Positions 50,944 to 60,847 of a stretch of 64,000 nt of DNA are shown here, one piece after another. Source of the DNA: Podarcis melisellensis (Eukaryota); the NCBI GenBank assembly GCA_964234715.1, contig OZ174276.1; one strand, written 5' to 3'. The notes under the pieces are model-generated. The model did no database searches and had not been told where the DNA came from. It worked only from the letters and a program-made list of their open reading frames with translations. Every line of letters starts with the position of its first letter. The first letter of the stretch is position 1. A program made the position numbers and the translations under genes.

Positions 50944-53900
50944 TGAATGTGCCCACGCCGGAACCTCCAAGACCAGCGCTTGTGATAGAGGTGTTGCTGG
51001 AACTGTCAAACGGACACCCACTAAAGATAAAAGCACTATTGGATTCAGGCAGCTCCTGTAATTTCATGAGTAAGGAGTTTGCTGCTGAACATCAGATACA
51101 AACTCTCCCATTAAGTAAGCCTTTGCAAGTAACCACGATTGATGGGAGGGAACTGTTGGGGGGAGAAGTGAGCCAACAGACTGTACCAATGATTATGAGG
51201 GTGGCAAGACACACAGAACTGATAGCGTTTAATGTAGCCACCTTGGGAGGAGCTCCCATCATTCTGGGAATGAGCTGGCTGGCACTACACGATCCGCTAG
51301 TAGGCTGGCATCAGAGGGTGGTTTCCTTTGGATCAGCACATTGCCTAGAACACTGCAAGGAGGGAGAGGGTCAGGCAGGGGCCAGAGCCACTCTAGCAGG
51401 GATGGAAGTGACTGACAAGGGGAAGGTGCCACCACAATACGCTGATTTGATTGACGTCTTCAGTGAAAAGGAAGCAGATAAACTGCCCCCGCACAGACCC
51501 TTTGACTGTCAAATCACCTTACTCCCAGGAGCACAATTGCCAGTGGGCAAGCTGTATGCCATGTCAGACCGTGAGATGCAGGAGTTAAGGGAGTTCATTG
51601 ACAAGAACCTCAAGCGAGGTTTCATCAGAGAGTCACGAGCGGTGGGGGGCAGCCCAGTGTTCTTTGTGGACAAAAAAAACACGGGCAAACCCAGGCTTGT
51701 GTGTGATTTCAGGGCTCTAAATGCTGTGTCAGAACCAGTGACTTTCCCTATGCCCAGAATTGATGACATTCTGACACGGGTGAGAAAAGGGAAGATTTTT
51801 ACCAAGCTGGACCTTAGGGGGGCATATAACTTGATACGTGTGAGGAAGGGGGATGAGTGGAAGACCACTATGTTCACCCCCTTGGGGGCGTTTGAGTACC
51901 TAGTTATGCCTTTCGGATTACAAGGGGGCTCCGCCTGCTTTCAATCATTCATGAATCACGTCCTGGGGCCATTGCTCTACAAGAACTGCGTGGCGTTCTT
52001 AGATGACGTCCTGGTGTACTCAGAGAATGAGGAGCAGCATGTGCAAGATGTTAGAGAAGTACTGAGCAAACTGCGAGAAAATCGGCTGTGGGTGAAACTG
52101 GAGAAATGCCAGTTTCATAGCAGGGAGGTGGAATTCCTGGGGTACCGGTTGTCTGACAAGGGGTTGGCTATGGATCCCAGCAAGGTTCAAGCGGTACTGG
52201 AATGGAAAACAGCAAAGACCAAGAAGGACGTGCAAAGGTTCCTGGGCTTCGGAAACTTCTATAGGAAGTTCATCAAGAACTTTGCCCATTTAACCGCGCC
52301 CATCACGGATTGTCTTAGCAGCAAGAAAAAATTTGCTTGGACGGAAGAAGCGCAACGGGCATTTGAACGCTTAAAGGCAGCGTTTGCGTCGGAGGAGCAA
52401 CTTTTGCACGTGGATCTACAGCAACCAATGCGAGTGGAGACTGACGCATCAGACCGAGCGGTAGGGGCCGTGCTTCTCCAGCCGGGGAAAGATACGTCTG
52501 AATGGAGACCGTGTGCATTCTTCTCGCGGAAGTTGAACAAATCCGAGAGGAACTACATAGTATACGACCGAGAACTGCTCGCCATTCATGAAGCATTCCG
52601 GAGATGGCGGCACTTGCTGATTGGGGCGCAGCACAAGGTTCACGTCCGGACTGACCACAAAAATCTGGAGTACTGGAGAACAGCCCGAGTGCTGAACCAG
52701 AGACAAGTGAGATGGGCCCAGGAGTTCTCCAAATTCAATTTTGAGATTCGTTACGTGCCAGGGTCCGAGAACGTAAGGGCGGACGCTCTTTCCAGAAAGC
52801 CTGAGTACTTAGAGGGGGAGGGCGCGCCGGAAGCAAGGCATGTAATCCCTGAAGACTGCTGGGTGTGTGGGGCGGCTTTGGTGGGGCAGAAAGAACTGTT
52901 AGAGGGTACGGAGAACGACGAATACGCCCAAGAGAAACTCAGAGAACTCAGGAGGACAGAGGAGAACACAGGGGGGTTTGAAGAAAAGAGTGGGGCGTTG
53001 TATTACAAAGGGGCACTGTACATACCCGATGGGGAACTGAGGGGCAGGGTACTCAAGCAGTTGCATGATAGCCCCACAGCGGGGCATTTTGGACAGCACA
53101 AAACCATGTGGTTGGTTACCAGGGAGTTTTGGTGGCCCAAGGTGAGGGAGGACGTACGGGAATATGTCAGGGGTTGCGACAGGTGCCAGCGAGCGAAAGG
53201 GGAGAGGGTGGCGCCAGCGGGGCTCTTACAACCCTTACCCACACCAGAAAGGCCATGGGAGGCAGTCTCCATAGATTTTATGACGGACCTGCCAAAATCC
53301 AAGGGCAAAACGGCGGTCATGGTAGTGGTAGATCTATTAACTAAGATGTGTCATTTTATAGCCTGTTCACATGCGGTCACAGCGGAGGAAACCGCCAAGT
53401 TGTTCGTAGAGCATATTTTCCGGTTGCATGGCGCCCCCTTGAGGGTGGTCAGCGACAGAGGGAAACAGTTTACTTCCAGGTTCTGGAGGAAACTTATGAG
53501 CTTACTGCACGTGGAAATCAATTTCTCCACTGCCCGGCACCCGGAAACAAATGGGCAAGCGGAAAGGGCAAACGGGATTTTACAACAATACCTGAGGTGT
53601 TATGTAAAGGACCGAGAAAATGATTGGGTAGATAAGTTACCTCTGGCAGAATTTGCCTACAACAACGCTGAGAACGTGTCCACAGGGATGAGTCCCTTTA
53701 TGGCAAATTATGGGTGTCATCCCAGGGCATTTCCAGGAGAAGGAGGGGAGAGGTGGAGCGTGCCGGCGGCGGAACATTTTGTTGAAGAGATGGAAGCCAT
53801 CCACCGTCAGCTACAACTTAACTTAGAGAGAGCCAAGGAAGAATATAAAAAGCAAGCAGACAGAAATAGGAGGGAAGGTGAAACTATAAGGGTGGGAGAC

Positions 53901-54110
53901 CGGGTGTGGCTATCCACCCAGGGACTACCTTTCAAGGGGGGTTGTAAGAAACTGAAACCCAAAAGATTGGGACCCTTTGAGGTCATACAGCAGGTGAACC
54001 CAGTAGCATTCAAACTCAGACTGCCCAGTCACATGAAATTGCACCCAGTATTTCACAGGTCATTACTGTCGCCGTACCGAGAGGGACGTGAATGGGGGGG
54101 GGGAGCGTGA
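50889..54110 (+). CDS. pol: Pol (aspartic protease, RT, RNase H, integrase) in the -1 frame relative to gag
   Basis: LLDSGS (D at 51042), MPFGL, FLDD (51996-52007), TDAS/ELLAI/TDHKNL, HHCC zinc finger, D,D(35)E, GPF. The frame is open from 50772; the start given is the inferred frameshift point. Confidence 0.96.
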   Translation, partial: KSQRLVANIRAQQPGQGVVNVPTPEPPRPALVIEVLLELSNGHPLKIKALLDSGSSCNFMSKEFAAEHQIQTLPLSKPLQVTTIDGRELLGGEVSQQTVPMIMRVARHTELIAFNVATLGGAPIILGMSWLALHDPLVGWHQRVVSFGSAHCLEHCKEGEGQAGARATLAGMEVTDKGKVPPQYADLIDVFSEKEADKLPPHRPFDCQITLLPGAQLPVGKLYAMSDREMQELREFIDKNLKRGFIRESRAVGGSPVFFVDKKNTGKPRLVCDFRALNAVSEPVTFPMPRIDDILTRVRKGKIFTKLDLRGAYNLIRVRKGDEWKTTMFTPLGAFEYLVMPFGLQGGSACFQSFMNHVLGPLLYKNCVAFLDDVLVYSENEEQHVQDVREVLSKLRENRLWVKLEKCQFHSREVEFLGYRLSDKGLAMDPSKVQAVLEWKTAKTKKDVQRFLGFGNFYRKFIKNFAHLTAPITDCLSSKKKFAWTEEAQRAFERLKAAFASEEQLLHVDLQQPMRVETDASDRAVGAVLLQPGKDTSEWRPCAFFSRKLNKSERNYIVYDRELLAIHEAFRRWRHLLIGAQHKVHVRTDHKNLEYWRTARVLNQRQVRWAQEFSKFNFEIRYVPGSENVRADALSRKPEYLEGEGAPEARHVIPEDCWVCGAALVGQKELLEGTENDEYAQEKLRELRRTEENTGGFEEKSGALYYKGALYIPDGELRGRVLKQLHDSPTAGHFGQHKTMWLVTREFWWPKVREDVREYVRGCDRCQRAKGERVAPAGLLQPLPTPERPWEAVSIDFMTDLPKSKGKTAVMVVVDLLTKMCHFIACSHAVTAEETAKLFVEHIFRLHGAPLRVVSDRGKQFTSRFWRKLMSLLHVEINFSTARHPETNGQAERANGILQQYLRCYVKDRENDWVDKLPLAEFAYNNAENVSTGMSPFMANYGCHPRAFPGEGGERWSVPAAEHFVEEMEAIHRQLQLNLERAKEEYKKQADRNRREGETIRVGDRVWLSTQGLPFKGGCKKLKPKRLGPFEVIQQVNPVAFKLRLPSHMKLHPVFHRSLLSPYREGREWGGGA

Positions 54111-54885
54111 GAGAGAGGTCTCCCGAACGCCCGTGATAGAAGAGAGAGAACGCGACATGAACGTGGCAGGAATCATTGATTCCAGGTGGAAGGGGGATCA
54201 GGTGGAATATCTGGTAGAATGGGAGGGGGAAGTAGAGTCGGAAAACACTTGGGTACCAGCTGAGGTAGTCAATGACGAGGTTTTAATAGAAACATTTCAT
54301 CGGCGTTTCCCAAAAAAACCGCAACCCGTGGCACGATTTAGAAGGGAACACTTTGGGACCACCGATGAGGAAGGAGAGTTTGGAGGGTTCCCAGAGTCAG
54401 GGGTGGGTGAGGAAGCCGACTCCGACGAAGAAGAGGAAGACGGGGAGAGAGACGGTACGCCATGGTTAGAAGTGTTTGAATCCTCGGACGACGATGAGAG
54501 TTCCTTTAGGGGCTTTCCGCCCTCACCGCCAGTGGGAGAGAAAGCGGGGGGTGAAGGGGGCCCTGAGGGGGAGGTGGATGTCAGGGAACTGCCATCGGAA
54601 AGAGAGATGGTGCAGAGGCTCCAGCAGACTAGGAGAGATTCTGCAGCGGAGGAGGGAACCAGCAGGGGGAGAGCAGAAGCTCCGGCAGAAGGGGAGTCGG
54701 AGGAGGGAGGGCTCTGGGATACTTCTAGTGAGAATAGTGCAGAGGTAACAAGACCCCCGTTGGCAACTCCCACCCTTCGCCGGAAGCTGTCACGCAGAGA
54801 GTCACGAAGGCGCATGTCCGTGAAACAACTTTTATGTTGGCGTAAATTTCGTAGACGCCCACTGTCAGATTCTACCAGCGACTAA
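54104..54885 (+). CDS. Integrase C-terminal extension: chromodomain, acidic FxGF motifs and LTR-encoded basic tail (+1 frame relative to pol)
   Basis: VAGIIDSRW...VEYLVEWEG...ENTWVP...LIETFH is a chromodomain pattern (54157-54321); separated from pol by a G10 run at 54094-54103. Confidence 0.85.
54565..54578 (+). promoter_or_regulatory. Polypurine tract
   Basis: gagggggaggtgga directly abutting the 3' LTR. Confidence 0.85.
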
Positions 54886-54990
54886 CGGAGTCATGCCTTG
54901 GGAGGCTCCGTTAGTGCCTCGGTTTGGTTGACCAGCCAAACACCAGAGGGATCAAGCTTTTACGCACAAGCAGCTCATTATCCCATCACA
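54579..54990 (+). repeat. 3' LTR (412 bp)
   Basis: Direct repeat of 49475-49886, followed by TSD gttca. Confidence 0.97.
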
Positions 54991-55151
54991 GTTCATATAG
55001 CTTGTATAAATATAGTTTGGTCTTTATATGCCTAACTGTAAATACTCTATTCCATGTTCAGTAATATAATCTGTGTTCTTTCGCTGGGAAATTCATGACA
55101 GGTCTTTGTAGCATTGTCTCTAAAGCAGAGGATAGGGAAAGCCAGATTTCA

Positions 55152-55382
<231 letters not shown>

Positions 55383-56008
55383 CTAGAGAGAGAAATACGA
55401 AATTACTCCATGGGATAAGTGAAGGCAGGAATGAATTGATTCCTCCTATTACATAGCAGCCTGCCTGGTGGCTTTGGATGCTTCTGAATGTGCCTGGGAT
55501 TTGCAGCACCTTGGGAAACCACAGACATCTCATGCCCTAGAGGGGACTGCAGTCTGAAAAGGGGGGGTATTTATTTTTTTGTATTCCTCCCCACCAAATG
55601 GCTTTACATGGGTGGTATGTAGGGTGCAACTCCATCACAGATGCTGAGTTCTACTCAGGAGCGGTCTAGATGCCTCTCTGCATGAAACCAGCCAGTTACA
55701 ATCATCCCGAGAAATGGCTGGATCTCAATTCATGTTGGCAGCCATTGTGGTGTAGTGGTTAGTGTATCACACCAGGACTAGGGATACCCTGGGTTTAATC
55801 AATACCCTATCCCCCCCACGCTTTCAAAAGGAAGCTTGTTCCTTCAGAGGTTAAATGTACTCTGCACATACCTAGAGGTATGAGAGTACATGCAAAAACA
55901 CTTGCTTACTTTTCCTACTGAAGTTAAGGGATTTAGAAGAGAGAATTCTAATTCAAAATCTAAGAACTTGGCCAATCTGCCCACTCTCCTTTGAGAACAG
56001 CCATGTTA

Positions 56009-56230
<222 letters not shown>

Positions 56231-57500
56231 TCACTCTGTCCAAATCAAAAGGCCTAACAAGGGTTATAGTTTCAATCGTAATTCCATGTTATGGCACTTC
56301 ATAAAAACAGAAGTAATTATAAAAACCAACTAATTAATTACCATAGCATAATCAGTGTGGGCAGACAGAAAGCGTCAATCTTTAGCTGGTGAGATAGACC
56401 TCTCTAACAGCACTTCCTTGCAAAGTTTGCTAAGAATACAGCGGCAAGTAAACATTGCAGTTCAGAAGAATACATCTATTTCCTTCTAAAATAATAATCT
56501 GCATGCACAGGTAAATCATTCAGATGGAACCTATCCAGAGCTTTGTCAAACACTTTCAGACACCAGAAGACTGGCCTGGAGCAGTTCTGTGCTTAATGAT
56601 ACATTGTGCATTCAATGCTATGCATATGTCAAATCCATTTACTCTGTTTGGATCAATTTTTCTTTGCTCACTCTGAACTAGAGAATTTCAAAGCCACCTT
56701 AGCATGCCAGCATCTGTAAATGCTCCAAACCAGGTTTCTTGCACCTGGATAAGAACATAAACACACCCTTTGTGTCAGACAGTATAAATAAACCATAGCA
56801 GCAACAATGCATTGGCAAGCAAATGCTGAGTTGTCTGGAAAGCTATCCACTGTAGCATTTTGAATTTTATTTTTAGCCCCCAAAAGTCTTTGGTTGATAA
56901 GGTTTTATTTATTTGCAAATAATCTTATATACCACCAATGGATATAAATAATCGAGGTGATGCAGAACAATATCTGTGATAAAACTTAAAACAAAGTGGA
57001 TGGCATGCAACATTGGGGGGCTGTTCCATGAAGGGAAGGGCCATATCACAGTAGCAGAGCAGAAGGTCCGAGGTTTCATCATCAGCATCTCCAGGTAGAG
57101 CTGAAAAAGACCCGTCTGAAATCCCACAGAGCCAGTGTAGACAACAGTGAGCTGAATGGACCACTGGTCTGACTTACTACAAGAGAGCTTCCTATCCAGT
57201 GCTGCAGCCACAATTCCCTACGGGTGGCAAGAGACCCCAATTGTGATTCCATATGCATCCACAGGCCTTAGTACCTACATGGCAGTTAAGGCAATCAAAC
57301 TCCTGCTGTGATCAAATTTACATGGTCCCCAGCACAAACAAAGAGCATGGGGTTGCGTCACAAGATCTCCTCCATTTCATATAATCCTGGTCTATTTCCA
57401 GAATAGCACCACAGTGCCATTTCCTCAAGGTAAATGGGAAGGGTTTCCAGAGCTATTAGAATGGAAGCCCTTGCCCAGCTTGACTGGATTTCTCTATGAC

Positions 57501-57601
57501 TGATTCCTTACCAAAATATATCAAAAATACTTCTTACTAGATACAGACAGTATGGTTGATTCCTTACCAAAATATATCAAAAATACTTATTAGATGCAGA
57601 C
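57501..57601 (+). repeat. Local tandem duplication (32-bp identical core)
   Basis: tgattccttaccaaaatatatcaaaaatactt at 57501 and 57557. Confidence 0.9.
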
Positions 57602-57859
57602 TCTCTCTCTATATATATTTGATGTGACCTATTTTGACCCATACAAAACAAGAATATAAAGCATGTGAAATTTAAATATATATATCATATGATATTCAAG
57701 ACAGAAATCCTACAAGAAAGCTATTCAATAAAGCATATAAGAAAGCCAGTGCCAGAGCTTTTATTTCCCCCAAGCTCACTCCCACAACAGACAGACACAA
57801 GAAATGACAGGTCTTGTACCAAAGAGACGGCAGCCCAAGACAATTCTAGCAATTACTTA

Positions 57860-58027
<168 letters not shown>

Positions 58028-59129
58028 TCATCTAGTCCAACCCCTGCAATGCAGGAATCCTGCCACAGCCATCCCTTGGTAAGCTTGAACCCCCAACCTT
58101 CTGGCTAACAGTCAGACGCACTGACCACAGGAGGGCAGCTTATACAGTCAGACAATACATTCTGAACACTTTATCTGATCTCTGTTCTCTTGAGACATTA
58201 TAGAGCATAACAAATTATTTCAGAGAACAGTAATGACTTCAACTGCATAAACATCCTTTTCCTTAGATAATGTAGTTGTCAGTTATCTATTTTTTTCTGG
58301 CCACTTGTTTCAGATCCGAAATATGTGGGGGGTTTTAATGCATTTTTAAAACCTTCAGCATTTTGTAAATTTCTGCAAATGCCTGAAAAAGTCCAATGAT
58401 ATTTTAATATTTTCTCATCTTAAAGGACCATTCAAAGTGGTATTTCATATAGTTTCATTTTCAGGGGTATTAATTATTATGAAAAGGCACTTTGCACAGC
58501 AAGAACCAAATCATTTGGGAGAACGCCAAGACAATTAATTGGAAAGAAAATTTGCCACTTAATATGTTTGCTGCCTTCGAGTCCCTGTCAGGGAAAAAGG
58601 TGGGGTATGAATAAATAAATAATAAAAATATACAAATAAAAATATGCTTACTCAGAAATAAGTAGCACAAAGGTAAATGAAACTGACTCCTATGTGTGCA
58701 CAAGGAATACAGCAGTCAAAGTGTGTTGTGGTGGCAACTTATTTGTTTGTTTGTTGATTGAATTGATATACAGCCCTGAACTCGAAGATCTCTGGGCGGT
58801 TCACAGAACAGAATTAGAATATACAACCACAAAATACATAACCAAAATAAAAGCAACAATCCAATACTCCCCCCCCCCCAATAACTTGGAATCATGTTAG
58901 TTTACTACGGCCGAAAAAACTTCACAGCCACCGCTACTCTTCATTTTGACACAGAGTGTTTCCTTCTAATGATGCCTAGCTTCTAGGGTTTGGGAAATCC
59001 TAAAGAAATGCGATGCATATAAAGCAAATGCAAAAAAAAAGAAGAGGGGTAAAAGAAAACCAAGTGCGAAGAAAGCAACATTTCCCCCCCAAACAAACAA
59101 GCCCTTAGCTTTGTGCATAGAGGAAAGGA

Positions 59130-59780
59130 GGTCGGTGGTGAGGCTCATCCCGCCGCCCGCCCCTTCCTCCTCTGTAAGCAAAGCAGCCCCCAAGTCGTGC
59201 AGCCCCAGACAACGACCCCACCTGCGACCCACTTTCCCCCGCGGCCCCCCAGCCATCTAGCCCCTCCCCCGAGCCCTCCCCCAACTCGCGCCCCCTCAAG
59301 GACTCCCTCTGACCCGCCCTGCTCGCAAGGAAACCGAGTCACCCACCCGCTGTCCCCCACATCCCCACCTGCCGCAACATCGCTTCCGCCTTCTGCCACG
59401 TCACAATGCCGCCCAGCGGGCGAAACCCGACACGCCGTCGCTCTGCGACCGACGCGCGCGATTAGTTAGAACTAGAAAAAATACAAGAGCGACCCGCTTC
59501 TTGAACTTCCGGGAGTAAAAAACAGCAACGAAGAGCATCCATTTTGGCCGACAGATAAAAGAAAAGAGAGACACATCTCAGGTTCCGTGTACCAGTATTC
59601 CGCATTTTCATCGGCAGCTGTTTTAAACGTGTCCTAGGGCGGCGCGGAGAATATCAGATGTCTTCGCCGGCGTATTGGGGACTGAGCTGCTGCAGCAGGA
59701 TGTCCACCCAAAAACGAAAGGAAGCGGCAGGAAGGACGGGGGACTGTGCTTTTCCCGGCTCACGGCTTATTTCGTGTGTT
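59130..59780. promoter_or_regulatory. CpG island / TVP23B promoter
   Basis: GC- and CpG-rich stretch around exon 1, with ETS-like (cttccg), YY1-like (ccatttt) and CCACGTCA motifs. Confidence 0.8.
59369..59380 (-). CDS. TVP23B: TVP23B coding exon 1 (MLRQ)
   Basis: ATG TTG CGG CAG|gtgggg inside the CpG island; corresponds to the mammalian MLQQ start; phase 0 to exon 2. Confidence 0.88.
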
Positions 59781-60136
59781 TTAATGCCGTTGCATGTGAA
59801 TCCGTATGCCAAATATATATAGCCGCTTATTGCAAAGGGAAGCAATGATGCTGAGAGAATGGCTCACAATATTTTCCATCCACCACCACGCCACTCCTCC
59901 TAAGATACTGTCCATATATACAAGGAGAGACCAATCATCCTATATTGCCCCCTCAGGACCCATCCAAACCCAGGTGTCAGTTGCACGCAGAAGCCTTCCC
60001 TTCCAGGACTTGCATGGCTTCAAATGTTGACAAACTTGCTCTTTATTGCTACCTGCCTGTTCATTCACTGTGAGCAACATTAAAATCTTGAATTTCTCAG
60101 TTGATTTCTACAGGCTGCAGTCAGTTCTGCCTCCGT

Positions 60137-60450
60137 CAGTGCCAGATGTACGTATAAGCTAAGCAAGCTATAGCTTAGTCCCCCCCCAAAAATAATAATA
60201 ATAATAAAGGGGGGGAGCACCTGGATGTACATTTCCAAAATATAAGATAAAAAACCAAGTAAAATAAAATCTACATACAGCAACAGTGGCAAATGGCTTT
60301 AGATAACTATTAGGTCCATAAATTACCACATAGCATATATTCAACACAAAAACCAGCGACAATTTGTTGTTGACAAAGGACAGGTGGACATATAAAGGGC
60401 CCCATTACCTTCAGTAGCTTAGGGCCTCATCAAATCTAAATCTGGCCCTG
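60137..60450. mobile_element. hAT-type MITE
   Basis: TIR cagtgccagat / atctggccctg; TSD gcctccgt / gcctcagt (7 of 8 match). Confidence 0.8.
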
Positions 60451-60719
60451 GCCTCAGTGGAGATCTCCCCTGTCCTTCCCTGTTTGTTTCTGTTTCCGTA
60501 TCATTCAGTTTGTCATGCTTCTTCTGCAGGTGGTTTCATCATTTCCAGAAGGCTTTAACTATTCAGACTGTTTTAACTATTCAATGCAGCTATTTGAGGC
60601 TGTTCCCATCGAAGCTATGAGGAGGAGTATAGTCAAAATCAACTGTATATGTGCAAGAGCAGCATGGTTAAAATGCTGCTGGGCCCAAGAAACTCGTGCA
60701 ATGTGATGCAAATTCTTCG

Positions 60720-60847
60720 CAGGTTTGGCCAAACTTGGCCCTCCAGATGTTTTGGGACTACAACTCCCATTATCCCTAGCTAACAGGACCAGTGGTCAGG
60801 GAATTGTAGTTCTAAAACATCCAGAGGGCCAAGTTTGGCCATGCCTG
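60720..60847. mobile_element. Palindromic MITE
   Basis: ggccaaacttggccctc...gatgttttgggactacaactccc / gggaattgtagttctaaaacatc...gagggccaagtttggcc. Confidence 0.7.

Larger units (their letters stand above)
49475..54990 (+). mobile_element. Full-length Ty3/Gypsy LTR retrotransposon (chromovirus, Tf1/sushi-like)
   Basis: Two 412-bp TG...CA LTRs, 5-bp TSD GTTCA (49470-49474, 54991-54995), gag plus PR-RT-RH-IN-chromodomain order, and a PPT. Confidence 0.98.

Noticed and set aside
51996-52007. RT catalytic motif FLDD instead of YxDD
   Set aside because: F at this position occurs in many active Gypsy/chromovirus RTs; it does not indicate inactivation or novelty.
54297-54815. Antisense ORFs within the retrotransposon (172 aa here and others between 50142 and 54013)
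   Set aside because: Ser/Pro-rich shadows of the purine-rich sense frame with no motif support.
54088-54885. Third ORF interpreted as an env gene
   Set aside because: No signal peptide, transmembrane segment or fusion-protein features; it starts with a chromodomain and is the out-of-frame continuation of integrase.
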